Shown one piece after another: positions 1 to 9,776 of a DNA stretch of 64,000 nucleotides. The stretch's first letter is position 1. The number at the start of each line of letters is the position of its first letter. A model generated the notes under the pieces. That model did not search any database. It was not told the origin of the DNA and was given only the letters and a program-made list of their open reading frames with translations. Made by a program: the position numbers and the translations under genes. Location of the stretch: contig OZ251992.1 of NCBI GenBank assembly GCA_965246885.1, forward strand, positions 1,280,001 through 1,344,000, written 5' to 3'. The stretch is from Abditibacterium sp. (lineage in GTDB: Bacteria; Armatimonadota; Abditibacteriia; Abditibacteriales; Abditibacteriaceae).

Positions 1-449
1 GGAGCGACCTCGGCGACGGGTTCCGAGACCGCTTCGGTCGGCGCGGCAACTTCGGCCACCGGCTCGGCCACAACTGGCGCAGCTTCCGCGACGGCGGGTG
101 TGGGCGCGGCGACCTCGGCAGCAGGCGCGTCAACGACGGGGGCGACGGGCTTGGCGGGGTAGGTCTTGGGAGTCACGACTTCGCCGGGTTGGGCGAGTTT
201 GTTATTGACGTTAAGGATTCCCTTCTGGCGCAGCAAGGACGCGGCGGTATCGGAAGGTTGGGCGCCGTTGGAAATCCAGTGGCGCGCGCGCTCTTCGTTG
301 ATTTCCACGACGTGCGGGTTGCGTGTCGGCAGGTAATGGCCGAGGCTCTCGATGAAATCGCCGTCACGCGGCGCGCGCACGTCGGCGACGACGATGCGGT
401 AGGTTGGGTTATTTTTGGCGCCGGTGCGACGCAGACGAATGCGAACCAT
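1..449 (-). CDS. rpsP: 30S ribosomal protein S16 with long Ala/Pro/Glu/Val-rich C-terminal tail; 3' end runs off the window
   Basis: Manual translation from ATG at 449: [39 protein letters not shown]...[11 protein letters not shown], the S16 signature. Not in the ORF track because it is truncated. Confidence 0.95.
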   Translation of the reverse strand, partial: MVRIRLRRTGAKNNPTYRIVVADVRAPRDGDFIESLGHYLPTRNPHVVEINEERARHWISNGAQPSDTAASLLRQKGILNVNNKLAQPGEVVTPKTYPAKPVAPVVDAPAAEVAAPTPAVAEAAPVVAEPVAEVAAPTEAVSEPVAEVA

Positions 450-548
450 GATCTAAATTGTGTTCCATACCGGAATTTCCCGGAAAAGTGGCCACTCTAT
501 TTTGACGTCTTCCGCCGCAACTGGCAACTGACCGCCCGCAATGGCTTG

Positions 549-628
549 TAAAAGCGAATAAATTCGCAGCCATCAAGGTTGTCGGCGAAGGCCGACAACC
601 TTGATGGCTGCGAATTTATTCGCTTTTA
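549..628. repeat. Perfect 38-bp inverted repeat with GAAG loop; REP-like doublet, each arm containing GCGAATAAATTCGC
   Basis: Arms 549-586 and 591-628 are exact reverse complements. The same core recurs at 41992-42013. Confidence 0.9.
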
Positions 629-629
629 A

Positions 630-1799
630 CTATTTCACCGGAGTCGCCACTGCCGCTTTGAGCGCGTCCACCAAACCGTTTGGCGCGTCGAAGCCAAAGG
701 TATAGGCGGCGGCCTGCGAGGGCGTGGCGGCGTAGTCGAGCTTGAGGACGGGTTCATACGCGGCGCGCAGGGCGGCTTCGGGGTCGAGGGTGCCCGCCGC
801 GATTTTCTCTTTATCGGACTCGGTTACTTTCCAACCGCGATAATCGCCCGCGTCGGCGTCGGCGAAGGCGGTGACATCGTCCACTGTTTTTCCCTTCAGG
901 CTCGCGCCGCCGCCTGCAAACGACTTTTGCAGGTTCGCGGCAACGAAGAAGGCGTTGTTCTGCTCGTCCAAGGAGGTGGTGTTGAACGCGGGGACAGCCG
1001 AAGCGCCGGTCATGACGAGGGCGACTTTGAGGGCCGGGTCGTCGTCGCGGCGCGCGACCACATCGCCAGTCAGGGTGTTGAGTTCGCGGAACTGCTCGAA
1101 GAGGGCGGGAGTGTCCTTGGTGTCAACGGCGCGCTTCAGGAGCGAGTCGTGAATGACGAGCACGAAGGGGCGGTCTCCGGCTTCCAAGCGGTCGAGCGCG
1201 GTGGTGGCCAATTCGCTTAGCCCCGCTTCAGTCGCGGGGTCGCGGTCAATGGCGTAGCTGAGTTCGCCCGGTGCTTCCGACACGAGGACGCGGCCTTTGA
1301 GGTCGCCGTCGAGGGCATCGGACGAGGCGACGAAGGTGCCACCGTTAGCGGTGAGTTGCGCGCTCGCGTTGGGCAGGTTAGCCGCGCCGCCGCCCGCCAA
1401 GAAGTCGTAGGGCGCGTCTTTAGCGGTCAAACCGGCGGCGACATCGCCGTCGAGTTTGTAGAAAAGCGGCGCGATTTTGGTCACGTCGCCCGTCGTGATG
1501 AGGCCCGTCGCGTAGCCGTTGTTGCTGGCGGTCTGGAGGAGTCCGCTCATTTGGGCGAGGGCATCGGCGGGAACCGGGGCGGGCTTGGCTTTGTCTTTGA
1601 CTTCGTCAAAGGCGGTGGTAAGTTCGGCGTCCTCGCCCGACTTGCGAAGATAGCCCCGGCCCAGTTCGAGCACTTGGGGCGACAGCCCTTCGGCAATGAC
1701 CACGACGGTGCCAGTCGCGGCATGGGCGGCGAGGGGAGCGGCGGAAAAAGTGGCCGCCGCCAGCGCAATTCCGAGTAGTGAGGTGAATTTGGTTTTCAT
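630..1799 (-). CDS. Secreted alkaline-phosphatase-fold protein with degenerate metal ligands
   Basis: Signal peptide; AP-like motifs TGLITT, DFLAGGG, YAIDRD, LSELATTAL; lies downstream of the phosphate porin. Confidence 0.65.
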   Translation of the reverse strand: MKTKFTSLLGIALAAATFSAAPLAAHAATGTVVVIAEGLSPQVLELGRGYLRKSGEDAELTTAFDEVKDKAKPAPVPADALAQMSGLLQTASNNGYATGLITTGDVTKIAPLFYKLDGDVAAGLTAKDAPYDFLAGGGAANLPNASAQLTANGGTFVASSDALDGDLKGRVLVSEAPGELSYAIDRDPATEAGLSELATTALDRLEAGDRPFVLVIHDSLLKRAVDTKDTPALFEQFRELNTLTGDVVARRDDDPALKVALVMTGASAVPAFNTTSLDEQNNAFFVAANLQKSFAGGGASLKGKTVDDVTAFADADAGDYRGWKVTESDKEKIAAGTLDPEAALRAAYEPVLKLDYAATPSQAAAYTFGFDAPNGLVDALKAAVATPVK

Positions 1800-1830
1800 G
1801 GTGTGAGGTTTCTGATGGGATTTGGGCGGA

Positions 1831-3090
1831 TTAGAACGCGACTTGGAAGTTGGTGCGCAGTTCCGTCCGGCTGTCGCGGAGCGAGGCGGTAGCGCCGCTT
1901 CGGGCGCGGCGGTTAACGAGGTTGGTCTGAATCTTGGCGTTGTTGCCCTTGATGTAATAGTTGAGGCCGAGGATGTAATCGGTCAAGTCGGCGTTGGCGA
2001 CGTTGCGGTTGGTGTTGAAGTAATCGTAGCGCAAGGTCGCCTCGAAGCGGGGCTTGAAGAAGTAGCCGACGTGCCCGTAGTAGCCCTCGATGTTGCGCGT
2101 GAGTTGCGCGCCGGTGGTGTCGGTGACGGTTTGGGCGTCGCCGCGCAGGTATTCGGCGATGAGGGTGAGTTTGTCCTTTTTGTAGGCCGCGAAGGTGTTA
2201 TACAAGCGGCGTTGCGGCTGGTTGACCGCGTTGGTGGTGTCCACGCCGGTTCTGCCGTAGCCGCCCGAAGCGCCGACTTGCAGGCCGGTGTTCTTGAGGC
2301 GAAACGCGAGGCGGCCCAAAATCGCCTTGGTGTCGGACAGGGCTTGGGCGTTCTGGCGGTCGCCGAAGCCGTTGAAAACGCCCAAGCGGTAATCCAACAG
2401 GCCACTCGTGCCGCGCAGTTGGATGCCGGTGTCGCGCACGTCGCCATAGCCCGAATCGGTGAAGGGGTCGCGCTGCGTGAAAATGAGGGCGCGCTCGACG
2501 TTGGGTAGTTCGGCGGTCGGAAGCAAGCTCTCGTAGCCGATGGGGATTTTGTATTGGCCCACGTCAATGATGTCGTTCTGGTGCGCGCTTTTGTCGAGGG
2601 TGTAGGAAATTTGGATTTCCTGCAACAGGTTGTCGCGGGCGCGGATGTTGATGTTGCCCGTTGTGGCGCCCGATGCCAAGCGGCCCGTCGTGGTTTTGGC
2701 GGGGTCGAACATGATGGTGCCGGAAATGCGGTCGGTGATGGAGGGCGCCGTGATGCGGATTTCGCCGCGCCTGAGACGGAAGGTGTCTATGCCGCGCGTG
2801 CCGCCGGGGGCGTTGGTTTCGCTGGGAAAGTTCAAGCTGTGAACTTGCAGCAACCCCGACACGGTGATGGGGAACTTGGCGCGCGCGGGGGGCGCGGCTT
2901 TGTCGGCGTCGGCGGTCTTCTTTTGGGCGTCTTCGAGGGTGTTCAGGCGGTTTTGCAGTTCGGCGATTTGCTGGCGCAAAAGGTCGAGTTCCGATTGCTG
3001 CGCGTGCGCGGGGGCGCCGCAAAACGCGACGCCAAGACCGACTAAAGCCGCGACGACGGGAATCGGGCGGGGTGACAGGTGGAATTTCAT
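1831..3090 (-). CDS. Phosphate-selective porin (OprO/OprP-like)
   Basis: Signal peptide, coiled coil, FRLRRGEI, DVGQYKIPIGYE, beta-strand pattern and C-terminal Phe. Start chosen at MKFHLS. Confidence 0.8.
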   Translation of the reverse strand: MKFHLSPRPIPVVAALVGLGVAFCGAPAHAQQSELDLLRQQIAELQNRLNTLEDAQKKTADADKAAPPARAKFPITVSGLLQVHSLNFPSETNAPGGTRGIDTFRLRRGEIRITAPSITDRISGTIMFDPAKTTTGRLASGATTGNINIRARDNLLQEIQISYTLDKSAHQNDIIDVGQYKIPIGYESLLPTAELPNVERALIFTQRDPFTDSGYGDVRDTGIQLRGTSGLLDYRLGVFNGFGDRQNAQALSDTKAILGRLAFRLKNTGLQVGASGGYGRTGVDTTNAVNQPQRRLYNTFAAYKKDKLTLIAEYLRGDAQTVTDTTGAQLTRNIEGYYGHVGYFFKPRFEATLRYDYFNTNRNVANADLTDYILGLNYYIKGNNAKIQTNLVNRRARSGATASLRDSRTELRTNFQVAF

Positions 3091-3144
3091 GGAAAGCGAA
3101 AATTGTCTAAAACGCGAACGACGGGAGCATTTCACCGCATCCGG

Positions 3145-3161
3145 CTTAAGAGCATGTTAAG
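3145..3161 (-). promoter_or_regulatory. Putative Pho-box-like tandem repeat (YTTAA half-sites, 11-bp spacing)
   Basis: Minus strand CTTAAC-ATGCT-CTTAAG upstream of the porin; similar motif at 7696-7712. Confidence 0.4.
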
Positions 3162-3237
3162 CCTTGGGCGAGAAGAGTTCCCTCGCCCGATAATTTACCG
3201 CGTTCTGCCACCCGCTCGCCGCCGTCTGGCATTGCGT

Positions 3238-3350
3238 CACCGCCGTTTGGGAACCGTTCCCAGACATCCGCCGGTGACTGGCGGACGTCTGTCACCGCAT
3301 GACGGACGTCCGGGAGCGCGTGACAGACGTCTGGGAACCGTTCCCAGACG
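3238..3350. repeat. Degenerate 21-bp-period tandem array (GACAGACGT family), 5-6 units
   Basis: cagac/cggac cores in units starting 3259, 3280, 3301, 3322, 3343. Confidence 0.75.
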
Positions 3351-3367
3351 GCGGCGGGCGCCTCCCG

Positions 3368-4456
3368 TCAGTCGCTTGGCGACTCTGGGGCAGAGCTTTC
3401 CTCGCCAGAAAAGACGCGGATTTGGCGAGGGTAAACCCATACCATGTCGCCGGTGCGCAGATGGAGAGCGGCTTCGCGCTCGTGCGGCAGTTCGACATCG
3501 AGCGGCAACTGTCCGTCCTGCGCGAAGAGGGCGACTTTGACGGTCGAGCCGGTGCGGTTGACGCGCGACACCGCCGCGAGCATGGACTGCGGGCCGTGCG
3601 GCTCGCGGGCGATCTCGACTTCGTGCGGGCGGATATAAGCGGTGAACTGCGCGCCTTCGGCGGTGCCGTTCCCGTTTTGACCGACGGCGGGAACGGCGAG
3701 GGCGCCGATTTGCGCTTGACCGTTCTGCACGCGGCCATGAAAAACGTTGACGCGTCCCAGAAAATCGGTGACGAAGGCGCTCGCAGGGTGGGCAAAGACG
3801 TCATCAGGCGTGCCGATTTGTTCGATGCGCCCCTTGTTCATCACGACAACGAAGTCGGCGACCTCGAAGGCTTCCTCTTGGTCATGGGTCACGAAGATGC
3901 TGGTCATGTGGATTTCGTCGTGCAAGTTCCGAATCCAGCGCCGCAAGTCGGCGCGCACCTTGGCGTCCAAGGCGCCGAAGGGTTCGTCGAGCAACATGAC
4001 GGCGGGCTGCGCCGCCAATGCCCGCGCGAGGGCGACCCGTTGCCGTTGCCCGCCCGACAGTTGCGAGGGGAAACGCTTTTCGACGCCTTCCAACTGAATG
4101 AGGCGCAAAAGCTCCGAAACGCGCGGGCGGATTTGCTCGCTCTTCCACTTGCGCACGCGAAGGCCGAAGGCGATGTTGTCGAAAATGGTCATGTGCCCGA
4201 ACAGCGCGTAGTGCTGGAACACAAAGCCGATGCCCCGCTCGCGCGTCGAGCGGTTGGTCACGTCCGCCTCGCCATAAAAAATGCGCCCCTCATCGGGTGC
4301 TTCCAAGCCCGCGATGATGCGCAAGAGGGTCGTTTTGCCCGACCCCGAAGGGCCAAGCAACGCTACGAGTTGCCCTTGCGGGATGTCGAGCGAAACGCCG
4401 TCGAGCGCGCGAAAAGCGCCGAAGTTCTTGGAAACACCGCGAACGGAAATCTGCAT
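3368..4456 (-). CDS. cysA: Sulfate ABC transporter ATP-binding protein
   Basis: [35 protein letters not shown]-terminal TOBE-like region; operon context. Confidence 0.95.
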   Translation of the reverse strand: MQISVRGVSKNFGAFRALDGVSLDIPQGQLVALLGPSGSGKTTLLRIIAGLEAPDEGRIFYGEADVTNRSTRERGIGFVFQHYALFGHMTIFDNIAFGLRVRKWKSEQIRPRVSELLRLIQLEGVEKRFPSQLSGGQRQRVALARALAAQPAVMLLDEPFGALDAKVRADLRRWIRNLHDEIHMTSIFVTHDQEEAFEVADFVVVMNKGRIEQIGTPDDVFAHPASAFVTDFLGRVNVFHGRVQNGQAQIGALAVPAVGQNGNGTAEGAQFTAYIRPHEVEIAREPHGPQSMLAAVSRVNRTGSTVKVALFAQDGQLPLDVELPHEREAALHLRTGDMVWVYPRQIRVFSGEESSAPESPSD

Positions 4457-4471
4457 GAAGAGGAAAGCCCG

Positions 4472-5392
4472 CTAAGTTTGCCCGTCTTTGAGCAGACGCT
4501 CGGCCTTCCATTCGAGCACCGATTTTAAGCCCAGCGTCAGCAAACCCAAAAACGTGAGCAGCGAGGCGAGGACAAACGAGGCCGTGACCTGCGCGCTGGA
4601 GCCGTTGTATAACACCTCAACTTGCAAGGGGATAGTGTTGGTCAAACCTTGGACGCTCCCGGACACAACGGACACCGCGCCAAACTCGCCCATCGCGCGT
4701 GCGTTGCACAAGATGATTCCCGTCAAGAGCGACCATTTGATGTTCGGAATGGTGACGCGCCAGAACGTCTGGAAACCATTGGCCCCCAAAGTCACGGCGG
4801 CTTCCTCTTCCTCGGCGCCTTGCGATTCCATAAACGCGATGAGTTGCCGCGCGACAAAGGGGAAGGTTACGAACAAAGTCGCCAAGATGATGCCGGGTAA
4901 AGCGAAGATAATCTTCAGATTGTGCGCCACCAACCACGCCCCGAAGACGCCCTTACGCCCGAACATCAAGACGAACACCAGACCGGAAATAACCGGCGAG
5001 ACGGCGAAGGGCAGGTCTATGAGGGTGAGCAACATCCCCTTGCCTTTGAAGCGGAAGCGCGTGATGGCCCACGCCGCCGCGATGCCAAACAGGGTGTTCA
5101 CCGGCACCACGATGAGCGCCACCACAAGCGTGAGCCGGATGGCTGCGAGGGTGTCGGGGTCACGCAACGAGTCGCGGTAGAGCTGCAACCCTTGCCCGAA
5201 CGCTTCGGTGAAAACCACGAAAAGCGGCACCACCAAGATGAGTCCGACCAAGCCGAGCGCCGCGATGATGAGCAACCATTGCAACGGGCGCGGCTCACTC
5301 GTGGCGCCGCGCACCGCCGTTTGCACGGCACGGGCTTCTCCGACGCGCGTGGCGGTAAGAGCGGATGGCGAAGTCACGGGGAGAGTTTTCAT
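4472..5392 (-). CDS. cysW: Sulfate ABC transporter permease CysW
   Basis: DLPFAVSPVISG, ARAMGEFGAVSVVSG. Confidence 0.95.
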   Translation of the reverse strand: MKTLPVTSPSALTATRVGEARAVQTAVRGATSEPRPLQWLLIIAALGLVGLILVVPLFVVFTEAFGQGLQLYRDSLRDPDTLAAIRLTLVVALIVVPVNTLFGIAAAWAITRFRFKGKGMLLTLIDLPFAVSPVISGLVFVLMFGRKGVFGAWLVAHNLKIIFALPGIILATLFVTFPFVARQLIAFMESQGAEEEEAAVTLGANGFQTFWRVTIPNIKWSLLTGIILCNARAMGEFGAVSVVSGSVQGLTNTIPLQVEVLYNGSSAQVTASFVLASLLTFLGLLTLGLKSVLEWKAERLLKDGQT

Positions 5393-5401
5393 GATTGGCG
5401 C

Positions 5402-6226
5402 TCAGGCGTTCGCGCGGCGGTTAGTCCAGCGCGTGAGCGTGTTAATGGCCAGCAGCAACACGAACGAGAAAACAAGCATCACGACCGCGAGGGCCGTTGC
5501 GCCCGCATAATCGAACTCGTCCAGTTTCATGGAGATAAGCCAAGGCACGATTTCCGTTTCGCCCGGCTTATTGCCCGCGATGAACACAACCGAGCCGTAC
5601 TCGCCCAAAGCGCGCGCAAAGGCGAGCGTCCAACCGGTGAGAAGCGCAGGCCAGATATAAGGAAAAATCACCCGCCGGAAGGTTTGCGCGCGGCTCGCGC
5701 CCAAGCTGGAAGCGGCCTCTTCCAACTGCGGGTCAAGACCGGCCAACACCGGTTGCACCGTGCGCACCACAAACGGGAGCGAGATGAAAACCAAGGCAAT
5801 GACGATGCCAAGCGGCGTGTACGCGGCCTGAACCCCATGCGCGAGGAGCCACTTGCCCAAAAAGCCGTTGGGGGCGTAAGCCGTCGTGAGGGCGATGCCG
5901 CCAACGGCGGTGGGAAGCGCGAAGGGCAAGTCCACAAGCGCGTCCACAAAGCCGCGCCCCGGAAAACGGTAGCGCACAAGCACCCAAGCGATGAGCATGC
6001 CCGCGAACAGATTGAACGTCGCCGCCAGCAACGAGGCGCCAAACGTGATACGGTAGCTGGCATACGCGCGCTCCGAGAACGCCGCCTCCTTGAAGTGTGC
6101 CCACCCACCCGTCCCCGCGCTCCAAAACAAGAGGGATAAGGGGATAAGCACGAGGAGTGACAGGTAAAGCAGCGTCGTGCCGAGCGACAGGCCAAAGCCC
6201 GGTAGAACGCGATGGGTTCGTTTCAT
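5402..6226 (-). CDS. cysT: Sulfate ABC transporter permease CysT
   Basis: VLPGFGLSLG, DLPFALPTAVGG, FARALGEYGSV. Start at MKRTHR. Confidence 0.95.
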   Translation of the reverse strand: MKRTHRVLPGFGLSLGTTLLYLSLLVLIPLSLLFWSAGTGGWAHFKEAAFSERAYASYRITFGASLLAATFNLFAGMLIAWVLVRYRFPGRGFVDALVDLPFALPTAVGGIALTTAYAPNGFLGKWLLAHGVQAAYTPLGIVIALVFISLPFVVRTVQPVLAGLDPQLEEAASSLGASRAQTFRRVIFPYIWPALLTGWTLAFARALGEYGSVVFIAGNKPGETEIVPWLISMKLDEFDYAGATALAVVMLVFSFVLLLAINTLTRWTNRRANA

Positions 6227-6295
6227 GGCGCGAAGGGCGGGAGATTCGAGATGTTGTGTGAAAAGTCCACAATTAAGCCAAGGAAATAAGAGCTT

Positions 6296-6375
6296 CGTCA
6301 TCCTGAGCCTGCGAAGGATTTATAATGACTGAACCGAAGGCGTTCCTATAGATCCTTCGCAGGCTCAGGATGACG
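6296..6375. repeat. REP-like inverted repeat (CGTCATCCTGAGCCTGCGAAGGAT arms) between sbp and cysT
   Basis: 29-bp near-perfect arms at 6296-6324 and 6347-6375. Confidence 0.85.
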
Positions 6376-6445
6376 GTTTTCTCGACTTTGTAAAGCGCTA
6401 AGACGGAGGCCACTCCTCTTCTTCTTCCCTGCTTCCAACCTCTTT

Positions 6446-7561
6446 CTACTTCGCCGGGTGGATTTGGTCGAAAATGCCGCCGTCGTCAAAGTGCGTCTTT
6501 TGGGCCGTGCGCCAGTCCTTGAACTCGCTCGCCAGCGTCCACAGTTTCAGCTTGGGGAACTGGCTCGCGTATTTGTCGGCGACTTTGGAGTCGCGCGGGC
6601 GGTAGTAGTGTTTGGCGACGATCTCCTGCGCTTCGGGAGTGTAAAGGTAGTCGAGATACGCTTTGGCGATCTTGGCCGTGCCGTGCTTGTCGGCGACCGA
6701 CGACACGACCGCGACGGGCGGCTCGGCGAGGATGGACTCACTCGGCGTCACGATCTCGAACTCGCCTTTGGCCAAGTCTTTGGTCGCCAGAAAGCCTTCG
6801 TTTTCCCACGTGAGCAGGACGTCGCCGATGCCGCGCTTGACGAAGGTGTTGGTCGAGTCGCGCGCGCCTTTGTCCATGACTTTTACGTTGTCGTAGAGCT
6901 TGCCGACGTAGGCTTTGGCGGAAGCGTCGTTGCCGCCGGGTTGGTGTTTGGCCCATCCGTAAGCAGCGAGGTAGTTCCAGCGCGCGCCGCCGCCAGTTTT
7001 GGGGTTGGCGGTGACGACTTCGATGCCCGGCTTAATCAGATCGCCCCAGTCCTTAATGCCCTTGGGGTTGCCTTTGCGCACCAGAAAGACGATGGTGGAA
7101 GTGTAGGGCGAGGCGTTGTCGGGTTCAAGCGTCGCCCAGTTCTGCGGCAAGAGGTTCTCGTCGGCCAGACGGTCTATGTCATAAGCAAGGGCGAGGGTGA
7201 CGACGTCGGCTTCGAGGCCGTTCTGCACCTTTTGGGCTTGTTTGCCCGACCCGCCGTGCGACTGCTCGATGGTTACGTCTTGCCCGGAAGCCTTTTTCCA
7301 GTAGGCAGCGAAAGCCTTATTGTAGTCCTGATAAAGCTCGCGGGTAGGGTCGTAGGAGACGTTGAGCAGCTTGACCGCGCCCCCGTCCGCGCCGGTGGTA
7401 GCGGAGTTCTTACTGGAAATGGCAGTGTTGCCCGGAGCGGCGGAGTTGCCAGTGGTGCCGTTGTCGGAACCACCGGAGTTGGCAGGGCAACCCGCCAAGC
7501 CGATGGAAGCCGCAGAAAGAAAGGCGCCCAAAGCGCCGACGCGAGAAAGTGAAAGTGTCAT
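6446..7561 (-). CDS. sbp: Sulfate ABC transporter substrate-binding lipoprotein
   Basis: [38 protein letters not shown]; lipobox LAGC. Confidence 0.95.
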   Translation of the reverse strand: MTLSLSRVGALGAFLSAASIGLAGCPANSGGSDNGTTGNSAAPGNTAISSKNSATTGADGGAVKLLNVSYDPTRELYQDYNKAFAAYWKKASGQDVTIEQSHGGSGKQAQKVQNGLEADVVTLALAYDIDRLADENLLPQNWATLEPDNASPYTSTIVFLVRKGNPKGIKDWGDLIKPGIEVVTANPKTGGGARWNYLAAYGWAKHQPGGNDASAKAYVGKLYDNVKVMDKGARDSTNTFVKRGIGDVLLTWENEGFLATKDLAKGEFEIVTPSESILAEPPVAVVSSVADKHGTAKIAKAYLDYLYTPEAQEIVAKHYYRPRDSKVADKYASQFPKLKLWTLASEFKDWRTAQKTHFDDGGIFDQIHPAK

Positions 7562-7695
7562 AGTGTTGGGTATTCCGGCCCTTCGCCGCCGTGTGGCGGC
7601 GCCTCCACCGGAACATCTCCGCGTAAGACTACCTTGCGGGTAGAGTTCGCCCCAAGCATTGTAAACCCCTCCGGCCCCGGCGTCAAGGCCAAGGG

Positions 7696-7712
7696 TTTAA
7701 CCTGAACTTAAA
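7696..7712 (+). promoter_or_regulatory. Putative Pho-box-like tandem repeat upstream of the response regulator
   Basis: TTTAAC-CTGAA-CTTAAA, 11-bp spacing. Confidence 0.4.
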
Positions 7713-7768
7713 GAAAAGGGGCGCGGTGGCTTCTACACTACGGCTCTCGTTTGCGCGGCTATTCACCC

Positions 7769-8479
7769 ATGAGCGACATCATCTTAATCGTGGACGACGA
7801 GCGCATCCTCGCCGACACCATCGCCTTCAACCTGCGCAAGGAGGGCTACGAGGTCGTCGTGACGCACGACGGCGAGTCGGCGCTTTCTCTTTCCAAAAGC
7901 CTCGCGCCGCGTTTGGTCATCCTCGACCTCATGCTGCCCAAGGTGTCGGGTTGGGAGGTATGCCGCGCCCTGCGCCAAACGCCCGAATACCAACTCGATT
8001 CGCCGATCTTGATGCTCACGGCGCGCGGCGAGGAAGCCGACAAAGTGCTGGGCCTCGAAATGGGAGCCGACGACTACCTCGTCAAGCCCTTTGGCATGCG
8101 CGAGTTGGTGGCGCGCGTGCGGGCGCTTCTGCGCCGCCAAGCCAAAGTCGCGCCGCCCGACGAGGGTATCCTGCGCGCGGGCCGTGTCGAGATGAATGTC
8201 GCCAAGCACGAAGTGCGCTTGCAATTGGGCGACGGCACCAACCCCGAAGTCAACCTGTCGCTCAAAGAGTTTGAACTGCTACGCGTTCTGCTCGGTTCGG
8301 CGGGCCATGCCGTCCCGCGCGAAGTGCTGCTGGAACGGGTGTGGGGCAGCGAATTCTACGGCGACGAACGCACCCTCGACGTCCACATCCGTTGGCTGCG
8401 CGAAAAGTTAGAACACACTCCCTCGCAGCCCGAATACCTCCAAACCGTGCGCGGCGTCGGGTATAAGTTTCGGGCTTAA
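7769..8479 (+). CDS. OmpR/PhoB-family response regulator (PhoP/RegX3/SphR-like)
   Basis: Receiver domain (VDDE, LDLMLP, GADDYLVKPF) and wHTH (RTLDVHIRWLREKLE, TVRGVGYKF). Confidence 0.9.
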   Translation: MSDIILIVDDERILADTIAFNLRKEGYEVVVTHDGESALSLSKSLAPRLVILDLMLPKVSGWEVCRALRQTPEYQLDSPILMLTARGEEADKVLGLEMGADDYLVKPFGMRELVARVRALLRRQAKVAPPDEGILRAGRVEMNVAKHEVRLQLGDGTNPEVNLSLKEFELLRVLLGSAGHAVPREVLLERVWGSEFYGDERTLDVHIRWLREKLEHTPSQPEYLQTVRGVGYKFRA

Positions 8480-9441
8480 TGCGCGCCGAAGCGGGCGTGG
8501 ATGCGGCGCCAGAACTCGCGCTCCAAGGCGCCTTGGCGGCGCAGCAGGGCGCCGCGCGCGGTCGGCGCGAACCAACTGATGTCCACAAAAGCGCGGTCAA
8601 CGGCGCCGAAGCGGTATTTATAGTCTTCGGCGCCGCGCAGAAAGTCGAACTCCTGCGCGCCCTCGTTGATGGCTTCTTGAAAGGCGCGGGCGAACAGGCA
8701 GGTTCCGACGCTCCACTTTTGCAATTCCGGCTCGAAGCCGCCGATGAAGAACCAGTATTTGCCGCCCCAGAAGTAGGAGAGAAGCACGCACGCCGCGCGC
8801 CCGTCAAGCCGCAGGCGCCACAAACGGAGCCAGTCGCGCGCGAGGAAATCGGCGCACAGTTCGCGGTGGAACCGTTGGCGCGCGGGGAGCACCAACACGC
8901 CCGTTTGCCCGCGCGCGCGCCAGCGTTTGCCGTGCAACGCGAAGAGGTCAGTCAGAAACTCCGTAACCTGAGCGGGCGTGCGCGCCACCTCCGCTTCGAC
9001 GGCAAAGCTCTTTTCCAAGCGTTTGGGGTAGCGCTTGATCTGCTCGCGCATGTTCTTGCCCAGCGACTTGACGTAACTCTCGAACGTGCCGGGGAGCGGG
9101 AGCGTCGGGCACACTTCGGCGGTTTCGACGCTCCATCCGCCGCGTCGCGCCCACTCGACAAGGGGCGAATCGGCGCTGACTTGCTTCAATAAGACGCCGT
9201 CAGACTCGCCCGCGACGCCGCGCAGCAATTGCCAGAGCGCGCGCGCGTTGCCGTCGTCGCACTGCGCGCCGCCACAATCGGCGATGCCCTGCCCCCACAT
9301 TTCCAAGCGCCGCACCGCGCCCCCGCGACTTTGCAGCCACACCCCCGCGCCGTCCGACGTGAGAAGTTCCAAGAACCCCTTGCCGCGCCCAAAGTGGCGG
9401 CGGAAAAGGTCGCGGTAAGCGCGGGATTGGAAAACGGTCAT
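8476..9441 (-). CDS. GNAT-family acetyltransferase (CelD/BcsL-like)
   Basis: C-terminal EFDFLRGAEDYKYRFG and SVGTCLF motifs. Confidence 0.8.
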   Translation of the reverse strand: MTVFQSRAYRDLFRRHFGRGKGFLELLTSDGAGVWLQSRGGAVRRLEMWGQGIADCGGAQCDDGNARALWQLLRGVAGESDGVLLKQVSADSPLVEWARRGGWSVETAEVCPTLPLPGTFESYVKSLGKNMREQIKRYPKRLEKSFAVEAEVARTPAQVTEFLTDLFALHGKRWRARGQTGVLVLPARQRFHRELCADFLARDWLRLWRLRLDGRAACVLLSYFWGGKYWFFIGGFEPELQKWSVGTCLFARAFQEAINEGAQEFDFLRGAEDYKYRFGAVDRAFVDISWFAPTARGALLRRQGALEREFWRRIHARFGAH

Positions 9442-9465
9442 GGGGAGGGCGCGGAGTTTGGTATT

Positions 9466-9771
9466 ATGGAAAGCGCAATGGAATCTTCACGCATGGCGTT
9501 CTTACTGGCCCGCTTTGCGGGCTTGATGGTTTGGGTGAATGGAGTGTTCGAGGCCACCTACGTGCTTGACCGTTTATCCGCGCTCGGAGCCTACCGAAGT
9601 GCTGGGGCACAGCACTACTACGGTGGGTTGCTCATGCTTATGCTTTTCCGCGTGGCTCTCTACGCTATGACGGGCGCCTTACTCTGGCTCAACGCTGACC
9701 GGGTGGGGCGCTGGTTGGAAAGCGGACAAGATGGCGATACGCAGGGCGCGCCCCCGCTTTCCCTGCCCTAA
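9466..9771 (+). CDS. Small membrane protein, two hydrophobic segments
   Basis: Fills the gap between genes; start uncertain (9466 or 9478). Confidence 0.55.
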   Translation: MESAMESSRMAFLLARFAGLMVWVNGVFEATYVLDRLSALGAYRSAGAQHYYGGLLMLMLFRVALYAMTGALLWLNADRVGRWLESGQDGDTQGAPPLSLP

Positions 9772-9776
9772 GCCCG

